A stretch of 63,986 nt of DNA, the filler included, from a bacterium (GTDB lineage Bacteria; UBA9089; CG2-30-40-21; SBAY01), in NCBI GenBank assembly GCA_040757115.1. It is 7 parts of 7 records of this genome, joined end to end, with 100 filler letters (N's around TTAATTAATTAA, not from the genome) between each part and the next. Parts side by side here need not be neighbours in the genome. Positions count along the whole stretch, not along the records: positions 19,671 to 29,378 come from JBFLYA010000140.1; positions 29,479 to 39,158 come from JBFLYA010000141.1; 5 more parts are not named here. One strand, 5' to 3'. Below, one piece after another: positions 20,235 to 32,400 of the stretch (positions within the stretch are counted from its first letter, which is position 1; each line of letters opens with the position of its first letter). A program made the position numbers and the translations under genes. The notes under the pieces are model-generated. The model saw nothing but the letters and a program-made list of their open reading frames with translations, was not told the origin of the DNA and did not search any database.

Positions 20235-21467
20235 ATGAAGTTTATAGCTGATTTTCATATCCATTCTAAATATTCACGTGCCACAAGCCCACAAATGGAG
20301 ATACCGACTTTAAGTAAATATGCCAGACGAAAAGGGATAGCCTTAATGGGCACTGGTGATTGGACACACCCTGTCTGGCTATATGAATTAAAAAAGGTAT
20401 TAGAACCAGTTAGTTATGGGTTATTTAAGTATGAGGATACTTTTTTTATGCTCACCGCGGAGGTGTCTAATCTATTTAACCGGAAAGGTAAAGGGAAGAA
20501 GGTTCATAATATTATCTTTGCCCCATCTTTTGAGAGCGTTGAAAAAATAAACAGCCAGCTTGAAAAATATGGTGATTTAAGTGCTGATGGCAGACCAATG
20601 CTTTCCTTAGATGCAAAGAATTTGGTTAAAATAATCCTTGATATTGACCCTGATTGCTTTGTTGTTCCAGCACATGCCTGGACTCCCTGGTTTTCTGTAT
20701 TTGGCTCTAATTCTGGATTTGACTCGGTAGAAGAGTGTTTTGAAGAAGAGGCACGAAATATCTATGCCTTAGAGACCGGCCTTTCATCTGACCCACCAAT
20801 GAATTGGCGATTATCTGAATTAGACCAATATACACTTATCTCTAATTCTGATAGCCACTCTCCGGCTAAAATAGGTCGAGAGGCAAATGCCTTTGATTGT
20901 GAGATAAATTACAAAGAAATAATTGATATTCTGAAAAGAAAGGATAGAAATAAATTTCTGTTCACCATTGAGTTCTTCCCGGAAGAAGGAAAGTATCATT
21001 ATGATGGACACCGACCGTGTAATCTTAGATTTACACCTGCCCAAACGAAGACACATAATGGTATCTGCCCTTCCTGTGGTAAAAAAATAACGGTTGGTGT
21101 CGTCAATCGTGTCGAAAGATTAGCTGATAGACCCGAAGGATTCGTCCCGGAAAATCATATCCCGTGTAAGCACCTTATTCCATTAGAAGAAATAATAAGT
21201 AAGGTGACTAAAAAAGGCGTTGGCACAGCCGCAGTAGAAAATGAGTATTTGAAACTCACACAATCCCGACATACGGAATTTGATATTCTTCTCTATCTTT
21301 CTAAAGAAGAACTAATGCAATTTGTATCTAAAGAAATTCTTAGAGGCATACTAAATGTGCGAGAAAAAAAGGTGAATATCCTACCCGGCTATGATGGCGT
21401 TTATGGTGAAATAGATATACCATTAGAAGAAGAAAAAGAAGAAATAGTTCAATTAAGTCTATTTTAG
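20235..21467 (+). CDS. Endonuclease Q family (PHP domain plus Zn finger)
   Basis: ADFHIHSKYSRATS, PAHAWTPWFS, ETGLSSD, SNSDSHS, GKYHYDGHR.C..CP.CG; GGAGG RBS before ATG 20235. Confidence 0.85.
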   Translation: MKFIADFHIHSKYSRATSPQMEIPTLSKYARRKGIALMGTGDWTHPVWLYELKKVLEPVSYGLFKYEDTFFMLTAEVSNLFNRKGKGKKVHNIIFAPSFESVEKINSQLEKYGDLSADGRPMLSLDAKNLVKIILDIDPDCFVVPAHAWTPWFSVFGSNSGFDSVEECFEEEARNIYALETGLSSDPPMNWRLSELDQYTLISNSDSHSPAKIGREANAFDCEINYKEIIDILKRKDRNKFLFTIEFFPEEGKYHYDGHRPCNLRFTPAQTKTHNGICPSCGKKITVGVVNRVERLADRPEGFVPENHIPCKHLIPLEEIISKVTKKGVGTAAVENEYLKLTQSRHTEFDILLYLSKEELMQFVSKEILRGILNVREKKVNILPGYDGVYGEIDIPLEEEKEEIVQLSLF

Positions 21468-22262
21468 TTAAAGGGAAAAAAGGAAATAATAATAAATTAT
21501 TGGTGCATTAAAAATCACACTATCAAAAACATCTAATACCCCACCATGCCCGGGTATCCAGGTTGCTGAGTCTTTAACCCCGGTCAACCGTTTTATCTTA
21601 GATTCTAATAAGTCACCTACCTGCCCGCAAAAACTTAATAACAATCCAATAATTATTGCCTGAATTATTGAGATATATCCTGTGATTAAACTGGCAATGA
21701 TAGAAGTCAAAATTCCACCTATTAATCCAGCCACAGTTCCTTCTACGGATTTTTTGGGGCTAATCTGTGGGATTAATTTGTGTTTGCCAAACTTCAATCC
21801 GATGCCAAAGGCAAAAGTATCGGTTAACCAGGTGATTAAGAATAATAACACGATGTAGAAACTACCATTTTGCAAGTGTTTTAATAAAAGAATATGACTG
21901 AGTAAATAACTAATATAGAACACACCGGCTAATGTTACCCCAATTTCTAAAAAATACCTTTTGATAAAAAAGGTTAATAGATAACCGATTAATAATGGGG
22001 AGATTAAAATAGAGGTTAGTAAATAAAATTGTGATGGGATAAAATGGGCAACTAAGGCAAAAAGAAGGCTAATGATTACGCCAATAATTTTAAATGGTTT
22101 TATCTGGACTTTTGAGGATAAGGAATAAAATTCCATTAGTCCTAAAAATATGACGAGGCAGATTAATAATAATAAGAAAAGGGTATTTTTTGAGATGATA
22201 CAATAAATTAATATCGGAACAAATATAACTGAAGTAATTATTCTTTTAAATGTAGAACTCAC
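21468..22262 (-). CDS. cdsA: Phosphatidate cytidylyltransferase
   Basis: ISPKKSVEG, GDLLESKIKR..KDS..IPGHGGVLD; follows uppS. Confidence 0.95.
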   Translation of the reverse strand: MSSTFKRIITSVIFVPILIYCIISKNTLFLLLLICLVIFLGLMEFYSLSSKVQIKPFKIIGVIISLLFALVAHFIPSQFYLLTSILISPLLIGYLLTFFIKRYFLEIGVTLAGVFYISYLLSHILLLKHLQNGSFYIVLLFLITWLTDTFAFGIGLKFGKHKLIPQISPKKSVEGTVAGLIGGILTSIIASLITGYISIIQAIIIGLLLSFCGQVGDLLESKIKRLTGVKDSATWIPGHGGVLDVFDSVIFNAPIIYYYFLFSL

Positions 22263-23020
22263 TTTTTCATCTCCAATATCCCACCAAATCTTCTTTCTCT
22301 TTTTTGGTAATCGACAATGGCAGACAGAAAATGTTTTCTTGAAAAATCAGGCCAGTAAGCAGGGGTAATATAAATTTCGGTATATGCAATTTGCCACAAT
22401 AAAAAGTTACTAATTCTCATCTCGCCACTTGTTCGAATAAGTAAATCTGGTTCTGGTAAATTTGCTGTAGAGAGATATTTTTCAAACAATGGTTCATTGA
22501 TGTCTTCTGAACTGCATTTTTTGTTTTCAATATCTGCAGTTAATTTTTTAATAGCATCAATAATATCTGCCCGACCACTATAATTGAGGGCAATATTTAA
22601 TATTAAACCGGTGTTATTAGCCGTTTTTTCCGTTGCCCATTTTAAATCTTTAATTATCAAATCTGATAACTGCTCGATTCTCCCAATGAAATTCAATTTA
22701 ACATTATCTCGGTTTAATTCTCCAGTCTCTTTGCGTAAATATTCTCGTAAAAGATTCATTAAGGTATTAACCTCTTTTTGAGGTCTGGTCCAATTTTCTG
22801 TCGAAAAAGCATAAAGAGTTAAAACCTTAATTCCTAATTCACCGCATAACTTAACAATCCTTTTAACCGTTTTCATTCCCGCACGGTGGCCAGCAACTCG
22901 CGGTAGTTTTTTCCCTTTTGCCCATCTTCCATTCCCATCCATAATAATCGCAATATGTCCTGGTAATTTATCTTTATCTATGAGAGACAATAATTGAAAT
23001 TCATCATTTGGGATGGACAT
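22259..23020 (-). CDS. uppS: Undecaprenyl diphosphate synthase
   Basis: HIAIIMDGNGRWA, YAFSTENW, IRTSGEMRISNFLLWQ. Confidence 0.97.
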   Translation of the reverse strand: MSIPNDEFQLLSLIDKDKLPGHIAIIMDGNGRWAKGKKLPRVAGHRAGMKTVKRIVKLCGELGIKVLTLYAFSTENWTRPQKEVNTLMNLLREYLRKETGELNRDNVKLNFIGRIEQLSDLIIKDLKWATEKTANNTGLILNIALNYSGRADIIDAIKKLTADIENKKCSSEDINEPLFEKYLSTANLPEPDLLIRTSGEMRISNFLLWQIAYTEIYITPAYWPDFSRKHFLSAIVDYQKRERRFGGILEMKK

Positions 23021-23571
23021 TATCCTTCTAAAATCTCCTTTTCTTTACTCGCCAGCAATTGGTCTATTTTCTCTATGAATCTATTGGTTATTTTTTGGAT
23101 TTCATCATGGGCATGTCTTGATTCATCTTCGGATATTTCTTTTTCCTTTTCTTTAATCTGGGAATTAATTTTGTGTCTGATATTGCGTATTCCAATTCTT
23201 CCTTCTTCCGCTTTTTTCTTAATCACTCGGTCTAACTCTTTTCTTCGTTCCTGGGTCAATGAAGGGATGGAGATTCTAATTACATTTCCATCAGTATTTG
23301 GCATAAGGCTTAAATCGGACTTAATAATTGCCTTACAAATAGACTCCGTAACAGATTTATCCCAGGGGGAAATAAGAAGGAGTCGTGGTTCTGGGACAGA
23401 GATAGTGGCAAGTTGATGAATGGGCATCTGACTACCATAACATTCTACCCGAATATGTTCAACAAGAGAAGGTGAGGCTTTACCTGTTCGGATTGTGGCA
23501 AATTCATTTTTTGTTGCCTCCACAACCTTTGTCATTTTCTCTTCTGCTTCTTTATAAATATTTTTTAGCAT
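23020..23571 (-). CDS. frr: Ribosome recycling factor
   Basis: IRTGKASP, LTQERRKEL; pyrH-frr-uppS order. Confidence 0.97.
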   Translation of the reverse strand: MLKNIYKEAEEKMTKVVEATKNEFATIRTGKASPSLVEHIRVECYGSQMPIHQLATISVPEPRLLLISPWDKSVTESICKAIIKSDLSLMPNTDGNVIRISIPSLTQERRKELDRVIKKKAEEGRIGIRNIRHKINSQIKEKEKEISEDESRHAHDEIQKITNRFIEKIDQLLASKEKEILEG

Positions 23572-23624
23572 AAATTTTATCCCCTCCTTTTTAGTTGGTA
23601 ATTAGTTAAATGGTAGCTGGTAAT

Positions 23625-23803
23625 TATACTCCAGTGGGGTATAAATTGTGATTATTTAAAGTAATCGGTAATCAGGTAATCAGTAATCGGTAATTTGAGA
23701 TAGCAGGCTACTGCTTGCTCTTTACCGATAACCTGATAACCGATAACCGATAACCTGAGTTGATAGTAACAGGAAATCACAAAATATGCCTCTCTAAAGT
23801 ATA
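23625..23803. mobile_element. TA-ended MITE enclosing inverted (ggtaatc)n/(gataacc)n arrays, between pyrH and frr
   Basis: Imperfect ~29-bp TIR: tatactccagtggggtataaattgtgatt versus reverse complement tatactttagagaggcatattttgtgatt. Confidence 0.65.
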
Positions 23804-23813
23804 GTTACCAGTT

Positions 23814-24536
23814 TTATGAAACAATAGTTCCAATCTTTTCTCCTAAAATAATATTAAGCAGGTTATTGGGTTTTAATAGATTAAAGACAATTATGGGGAT
23901 GTTATTTTCCATACATAAAGATATTGCGGTGAAATCCATTATTCTCAATCTTTCGTTAATGACCTGCATATAAGATATTTTATCATATTTAACCGCATCG
24001 GGATATTTAACCGGGTCTTTAGAAAAGATACCATCTACTTTAGTTGCTTTCAGGATAACCTCAGCCCCAATTTCTGCGGCTCGAAGTGCCGCGGCTGTAT
24101 CTGTGGAAAAAAAGGGATTACCTGTTCCTGCGGCAAAAATCACTACCCGTCCTTTTTCCAAATGCCTGATTGCCCTTCTGCGAATATACGGTTCAGCAAT
24201 TCTTTGCATCTCAATGGCACTCTGGACCCGGCAAAAAACCTGCCGTGTCTCCAGGGCATCTTGCAAGGCAATGGCATTTATCACAGTGGCTAACATACCC
24301 ATATGGTCAGCTGAGGTTCTATCCATTTGTGAACCATAAATACTCACGCCACGAAAGATATTCCCGCCGCCGATACTGATGGCTATTTCTACCCCCAGAT
24401 TGTGAATGTCTTTAATTTGTTCGGCAATGGAGGCAATAACTTCTGGTTCAATTCCATAACCTTTTTTACCTTGAAGCACTTCGCCACTGAGTTTGAACAA
24501 AACTCGTTTAAAGACAGGTTTTTTATTATCAGTCAC
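23814..24536 (-). CDS. pyrH: UMP kinase
   Basis: [23 protein letters not shown]. Confidence 0.97.
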   Translation of the reverse strand: MTDNKKPVFKRVLFKLSGEVLQGKKGYGIEPEVIASIAEQIKDIHNLGVEIAISIGGGNIFRGVSIYGSQMDRTSADHMGMLATVINAIALQDALETRQVFCRVQSAIEMQRIAEPYIRRRAIRHLEKGRVVIFAAGTGNPFFSTDTAAALRAAEIGAEVILKATKVDGIFSKDPVKYPDAVKYDKISYMQVINERLRIMDFTAISLCMENNIPIIVFNLLKPNNLLNIILGEKIGTIVS

Positions 24537-24550
24537 CTTTTGTGTTTCCT

Positions 24551-24850
24551 TTATTTAAAAATCATAGTTAACACTGCTCCAGTTACAGATAAGATTAGCG
24601 GGACAAATAAACCAATTACCCAATAAAAGAGATGGTCAATTTTACCTGAAATTCCCTCTATTCGTTTTTCGAATCCATCCATTCGTACTTCAAGGGTATC
24701 AATCCGTTGATTTATTTGTTGATTCCCACTTTTTATTAAATCTTCTAATCGTTGAATTTCTGCAACAAACCTTTTCTCGCGTTCATCTATAAATCTATCA
24801 TAATAAGGTGGAAGTGTATATTCTTTATAAGCTACTGATTCTCCTGGCAT
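24551..24850 (-). CDS. Small coiled-coil protein with a C-terminal TM anchor
   Basis: Heptad-like repeats followed by a hydrophobic tail; RBS in the end of tsf. Confidence 0.65.
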   Translation of the reverse strand: MPGESVAYKEYTLPPYYDRFIDEREKRFVAEIQRLEDLIKSGNQQINQRIDTLEVRMDGFEKRIEGISGKIDHLFYWVIGLFVPLILSVTGAVLTMIFK

Positions 24851-24853
24851 TGC

Positions 24854-25462
24854 CTATCCCTCCTTAATTTTCTCACCAAGTGCATAGCGAACAAACCTGC
24901 GAATGGTTATGTTTTCTCTTAATTTGGCAATCACACTCGCCACATAGTCAGAAACAGTTATAGTGGGGTCTTTAATATAAGGTTGTTCCAACAGACAGAT
25001 TTCCTTATAATATTTTTCCAATCTACCTTCAACAATTTTATCCCAGAATTTTTCTGGCTTACCTGATTTTTTCGCCTGTTCTATGTAAATTTCCCTTTCA
25101 TTGGCAACCATTTCTTCTCTAACCTGGTCTTTGGAGACAACATAAGGATTAGAGGCGGCGATTTGCATGGCAATATTTTTCACTAATTCTTGAAATTCAG
25201 AATTTTTAGCCACAAAATCTGTTTCACAATTAATTTCAACCAACACCCCAAGTTTTGCACCAGGATGGATATAAGAAAAAATTGTTCCTTCTTTGGTTTC
25301 GCGGAGTTGTTTTTTCTTTGCTTCGGCTAATCCCTGTGTGCGTAAAATTTTCAATGCCTCTTCAACAACTCCATTAGCCTTTTGTAATGCCTCTTTGCAT
25401 TCCATCATTGGTGCTCCGGTAATTTCGCGGAGCTGTTTTACTTGTTCTGCACTAATAACCAT
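24854..25462 (-). CDS. tsf: Elongation factor Ts (short form)
   Basis: VKQLREITGAPMMECK, EINCETDFVA. Confidence 0.97.
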   Translation of the reverse strand: MVISAEQVKQLREITGAPMMECKEALQKANGVVEEALKILRTQGLAEAKKKQLRETKEGTIFSYIHPGAKLGVLVEINCETDFVAKNSEFQELVKNIAMQIAASNPYVVSKDQVREEMVANEREIYIEQAKKSGKPEKFWDKIVEGRLEKYYKEICLLEQPYIKDPTITVSDYVASVIAKLRENITIRRFVRYALGEKIKEG

Positions 25463-25477
25463 AATTTTTCTCCTTTC

Positions 25478-26329
25478 TTAATCTTCCACTATTTCTTCTT
25501 TTTCCTTGAGTGTTTCTTCCATAATACCTTTGTCTAATTCCTCATAGAATTGTGGGAGTAATTCTTCCTCTTCTTCTAACTTCAGAAATATTTTTTCCTC
25601 TTCTTCTTCTACTTGAGCCGCCTCTTCTTCAACTGGTAGCTTATCGGCTAATCTTTTACCTTCCATTATACCATCGGCAATCACCGAGGCAATTAACTTC
25701 ACCGAACGAATCGCATCATCATTACCAGGGATGCAATAATCTACTTCATCCGGGTCGCCATTGGTATCAACAACGCCCACAATTGGAATGTTTAATCTTC
25801 TCGCTTCTAAAATAGCTATTTTTTCTTTTTTCGTATCCACAATAAATAGTGCCCCTGGCAAGGTTTTTATCTCTTTAATCCCACCCAATAGAATTTCCAA
25901 TCTATTCATTTCCTTTTTTAAAAGAGCCACTTCCTTTTTGGGTAATTTTTCAAATACCCCTCCTTCCTCCATTTTCTTAATTTCATTAAGTCTTTTAATA
26001 CTTTTCTTTACTGTCTCAAAATTAGTCAGAGTTCCTCCTAACCAGCGTTGAGTCACATACGGCATCTGACATCGAATTGCTTCTTCCATAACTACGGTTT
26101 GAATTTGTTTCTTTGTCCCAACAAATAAGACAGGCTTTTTTGTCTTAGCCGTTTCCTGAACAAAGCTATATGCCTCTTTTAACCCTTTCATTGCCTTTTG
26201 AAGATTAATGATATGAATATCATTCCTCTCTGAAAAGATATAAGGTGCCATCTTTGGATTCCATCGTTGGGTTTGATGACCAAAGTGCACCCCTGCTTCT
26301 AAAAGTTGTTTCATTGTAATCGTCGTCAC
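25478..26329 (-). CDS. rpsB: 30S ribosomal protein S2
   Basis: [30 protein letters not shown]. Confidence 0.98.
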   Translation of the reverse strand: MTTITMKQLLEAGVHFGHQTQRWNPKMAPYIFSERNDIHIINLQKAMKGLKEAYSFVQETAKTKKPVLFVGTKKQIQTVVMEEAIRCQMPYVTQRWLGGTLTNFETVKKSIKRLNEIKKMEEGGVFEKLPKKEVALLKKEMNRLEILLGGIKEIKTLPGALFIVDTKKEKIAILEARRLNIPIVGVVDTNGDPDEVDYCIPGNDDAIRSVKLIASVIADGIMEGKRLADKLPVEEEAAQVEEEEEKIFLKLEEEEELLPQFYEELDKGIMEETLKEKEEIVED

Positions 26330-26493
26330 TTATTTTATAACCTCCTTAAATTTGGTAAATGGTAATTGGTAATTAGGTACCTGTTACCACTTAAATTTTG
26401 CAAAACCCTATTTTAAATTTTTTATAATATATCATATTTTTAAATTTTTTGCAAGAAAAAAATTTTAAATTAACAAAATTCTCGGTTAGCCTC

Positions 26494-26522
26494 TTGACAA
26501 CTCTTAAAAATTATGCTATAAA
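26494..26522 (+). promoter_or_regulatory. Sigma70 promoter for pcm-tgt
   Basis: TTGACA-N17-TATAAA with TG extension. Confidence 0.65.
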
Positions 26523-26537
26523 CTTATTAAATAATTG

Positions 26538-26773
26538 GTAAGCGTTCAGGTGGTGTAAGAAAAGGAGATATGGAGATAAAGGAGATAAGGGGATATTATT
26601 AAAAAAATTGAAATTAGTAGAACTAATAGAAATTTATGGAAATTTGTTGTTTCCCACAATCAATTTCTACCTATTTCTATAAATTTCAATCTATTTCTAT
26701 TATCTTATCTCCATATCGTCCTTATCTCCTTATCCCCTTTCTTACACTTTTGATATATAGCCTGAACGGTTAC
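26538..26773. mobile_element. MITE family A (GTAA(C/G)CGTTCAGG termini, ~237 bp)
   Basis: Perfect 8-bp TSD aataattg (26530-26537, 26774-26781); inverted (ggagata)n and (atagaaat)n arms. Confidence 0.9.
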
Positions 26774-26829
26774 AATAATTGGTAATCGTTCAACCCTGCC
26801 CATCAGACTGTACAAGGAGATTTTGTAAG

Positions 26830-27546
26830 ATGAACAAATATATTCTTTTCATAATTTTGCTTATGAGTTTAAACTTAATTTCCTGCCAGAAATCTACATT
26901 ACCACCGAGTAAATACACATCTCTACGAGAACAAATGATTCAGGAACAGATTATCGCCAGAGGTGTATCTGACCAATTAGTCTTAAAGGCAATGCTAAAG
27001 GTAGAAAGGCATAAGTTTGTTCCAGATGAAGTAAAAGAAATGGCTTATATTGATAGCCCACTTCCAATAGGGGAAGACCAAACTATTTCTCAACCATATA
27101 TTGTTGCCTTGATGACCGAGTTATTAGGGTTAAAAGGGGATGAGAAGGTGCTTGAAATAGGCACTGGTTCTGGCTATCAGGCGGCAATATTAGCCGAGAT
27201 AGTCAAAGAAGTCTATACCATTGAAATCCTCAAACCTTTAGCTGATACTGCCCGCCAAAAACTACAAAAATTAGGCTATAAGAACATCAAAGTTAAATGC
27301 GGAGATGGATATAAAGGTTGGGAAGAATATGCACCCTATGATGGGATAATAGTTACCTGCGCCCCAGACCATATCCCACAACCACTAACAGAACAATTAA
27401 AAATAGGTGGCAGAATGGTTATCCCGGTTGGAGAATCATATCAAGTGCTTTTACTACTGACTAAAATATCAAATACACAATTTAGTCGTAAACCTATTAT
27501 CCCTGTGAGATTTGTGCCTATGACTGGCGAGGGACAAAAAAGATAG
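26830..27546 (+). CDS. pcm: Protein-L-isoaspartate O-methyltransferase with a lipoprotein-like signal peptide
   Basis: QTISQPYIVA, VLEIGTGSGYQAA, VRFVPMTG; N-terminus MNKYILFIILLMSLNLISC. Confidence 0.93.
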   Translation: MNKYILFIILLMSLNLISCQKSTLPPSKYTSLREQMIQEQIIARGVSDQLVLKAMLKVERHKFVPDEVKEMAYIDSPLPIGEDQTISQPYIVALMTELLGLKGDEKVLEIGTGSGYQAAILAEIVKEVYTIEILKPLADTARQKLQKLGYKNIKVKCGDGYKGWEEYAPYDGIIVTCAPDHIPQPLTEQLKIGGRMVIPVGESYQVLLLLTKISNTQFSRKPIIPVRFVPMTGEGQKR

Positions 27547-27549
27547 AGG

Positions 27550-27959
27550 GTAACTATTCAGCCACTGATTAACACGGATTAGCACGGATAAATAGCAGAG
27601 GGCAGAGGACAACAGAAGGAAAAACCTTCAGCCTAATTACGGACACGGCTCCCGGACACGATTCACGAATTTTCCGTGTTTCATCCGTGGTAACCGTTCA
27701 GGCTATATATCAAAAGTGTAAGAAAGGGGATAAGGAGATAAGGGTGATATGGAGATAAGATAATAGAAATAGATTGAAATTTATAGAAATAGGTAGAAAT
27801 TGATTGTGGGAAACAACAAATTTCTATAAATTTCTATTATAGTTTCTACTAATTTCAATTTTTTTAATAATATCTCCCTATCTCCTTAATCTCCACATCT
27901 CCTTTTGTTACACTACCTGAACGCTTACCATCCGTGTTCATCTGTGGCTGAACAGTTAC
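27550..27959. mobile_element. GTAACTATTCAG-ended element with a nested family A MITE at 27690-27928
   Basis: Outer termini gtaactattcagcca / tggctgaacagttac; inner copy has a perfect 8-bp TSD catccgtg; related outer element without this insert at 37602-37845. Confidence 0.88.
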
Positions 27960-27964
27960 AGTGA

Positions 27965-29378
<1,414 letters not shown>

Positions 29379-29478
29379 NNNNNNNNNNNNNNNNNNNNNN
29401 NNNNNNNNNNNNNNNNNNNNNNTTAATTAATTAANNNNNNNNNNNNNNNNNNNNNNNNNNNNNNNNNNNNNNNNNNNN
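29379..29478. other. Artificial contig spacer
   Basis: N-run, TTAATTAATTAA, N-run. Confidence 0.99.
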
Positions 29479-32400
29479 CTTGATCGGGCAAGCCCAAGCG
29501 GCAGAGTGCTTATCAATAATGATGATACCTATGTGGCAACCAGAACAGTAACCCTTAGCTTTACTTATGCAGACCAGATGAGTGGAGTAGATAAGATAAG
29601 GTATGGGACTTCAAGTGCCGGGTTAATATTAGTGTCCTGGGGGACACCGACACAAACAGCGACTATCGAATTATCCGCAGACGGCACACAGACTATTTAT
29701 TATCAGATAAAGGACATCGTAGGCTGGATAAGTGGGACGATTACGGATAGTATCATCGTTGATACTCGGCGACCAGTTGTAGGAACAATAACCATTATCT
29801 ATCCTACTATTATAATCTATCCTCAAGGAACTCAGACACGGGCAAAAGAAGGTGATGCAGTTACTATTAAAGCAGAGATTACTGATGCAGGGACAGGAAT
29901 TATTGAGGTTACTCTTGATGCCACACTTTTGTGTGGACAGAAGAATATACCGATGAATTATGACGGAGCTGGAGTTTATACCACTCAAGTTATACTTTCT
30001 GGAACTCCAGCAGGGACAGAAACTTTGGCATTATTTACTATTACTGCTCAGGATAAAGCATTAAATACAGGAACAAATACCAGTGTGGTATTCATAGATA
30101 ATAAATACCCTGAATTTGGCACTATCACTTCTAATAAACCTACTTATATGAATACAGATGAGATAAGATTGACAGTAACTATGGATTCGGCTGCATATAC
30201 ATTAACGGCTGATTTTTCTCCTATTGATAGTACTTATCGGATAGGAATGGAACAGGTTACTTTAGACGGAGCAACATATACGATTAGATATACTATTGGA
30301 AGTTTAAATACTCATCCTGATGGTGCGTATTCTATCTGGATAAGTGCAAGAGACCAAGCGGCAAATATTGATAAATTAAGTATAAGTCTTGAGTTAAAGA
30401 ATGAGACTCCAGTTCAGCGTTTAACTGCAGAACCGAATGTAGTAAGAGATGGAGATACAATAACCTTTACATACTTAGGTGTTAAAGCAGGATTAGTAGC
30501 AATTATTCCTCTCTATAGAATTCAGGTGCTTGATAATCAGGCAGTTGCCACTATTACTTTACATGATGATGCTATCCCACCGGATGAAGTAGCCAATGAT
30601 GGTGTATATACAGGAACTCATACAATTTCTGGTTCAAATACGGTTGCTGATGGGTCATATAAGATATTTGGATATGTATACGACCCATCAACTCCTGCAA
30701 TAGTATTAGAGCCGTGGACTACAGTTACTTTAGATAAGGGGACTCCTACAGTTTTTCTTGGGACTATTGTTCCTCGATTAACAGTGAATTACTTAACTAT
30801 AATGGGAACAGCCACAGACCAACTTTCAGTAATTCATGTAGAGTATGATTTAGATGATAGTAATATCTGGCTTCCTGCGGAGTCAAACGATGGATTATTT
30901 GATGAAGGTACAGAATCATTTACTATAAAATTGTCCAATCTTGAAGAAGGGACTCATACAATAAAAGTAAGGGCTATAGATGCAGTAGGTAATGAGAGTG
31001 AGTTAGCTATTGGAACATTCAGTGTTGATACTCATGGACCTGTGGTAACTAATGTTCAGATTACACCACCAATTACTAATATTTCACCAATGATTACAGG
31101 GACAGTAACAGATGAATACAATGCACCGGTATTGGTTAATTTCTATCTTGATAAATATTATGGTACTAATACACCAGTTTGGGGGACAATGACAATTGGT
31201 TCTCCAGGTTCATTAACATCAGATATATATGGGACAATAAATGTAGAAAGTTTAACAGATGGGATACATATAGTTTATCTTCAGGCAAAGGATGATTTTG
31301 GTAACTGGGGACCTGTGACAGAGGTATCATTTAGATATTCGAGGACAGAATTATTAGTCTATATATCTAATATAGTTCCAGACCCAAGGGCGACTAAGTC
31401 AGTTACTATTACTGGTTATGTGCTATCTACAGCGGCTAAGATAGAAGGAATATCATATAAAGTTAATGCAGGGAGTTGGGTATTGATAGGGACACCTACC
31501 GATGGGATGTATGATGAATTAAAGGAGGAGTTTGAGATAATTAATCCTCCTGGTGTTGACGAAGGGACAAATACGATTATAGTAGCAGGTTCAGACACTA
31601 CAACTAATGTTGGTTATGGAAGTAAGACTTTTGTAGTTGATTTGACTGTACCTTATGGGAGATTTACGATTAACTACGATGCCACCTATACCACCACGAG
31701 GAATGTAACCTTAACCGGGTTTGAGTATGACGATGGTGCAGGTAGTGGCATAGACCAGATACGATTCAGGAATGAGGTAGATACCTTCTGGACGGTGTGG
31801 CAGGATATAATCGATATGCGGACATGGATGTTATCGGCAGAAGGTAGTGGCGAGACACGGACAGTGCATATGCAGGTTAAAGATAAGGCAGGCAATATGG
31901 CAACTTACACCGATACCATATTGTATGATAAGACAGCACCATCAGGCACAATCACGATACTTGGACAGGATAGGAGAGAAGAATATGCCACAGCAACTAC
32001 GGTTGCTCTGGTGATAAGTGGGTTGCCAATAGATATAGACCAGATGCGGTTCACTAATAATGGAGATATATGGAGTGAATGGGGCACAGCGACTATGGGG
32101 ACATTAACCTGGCAACTTGATTTTGGATTAAAGCCAACAGAGGTATTAACAGATGGGACACGGACAGTCTGGATGGAGGTAAAGGATATATCAGGGAAGA
32201 CAGCGATATACTATGATTCCATCATTCTTGACACAACAGCACCAGCTGGGGCAATTACCATCAAGGCAGGAGATATTTACAGCACAGGGACAGGCGTGAG
32301 TATCCTATTGGAGTATAGTGATAATATGAGTGGGGTAGTGAGATTGTTGTATCGAGAGGATGGGACAGAGACCTGGAGTCAGATAAATATTGGCACATTG

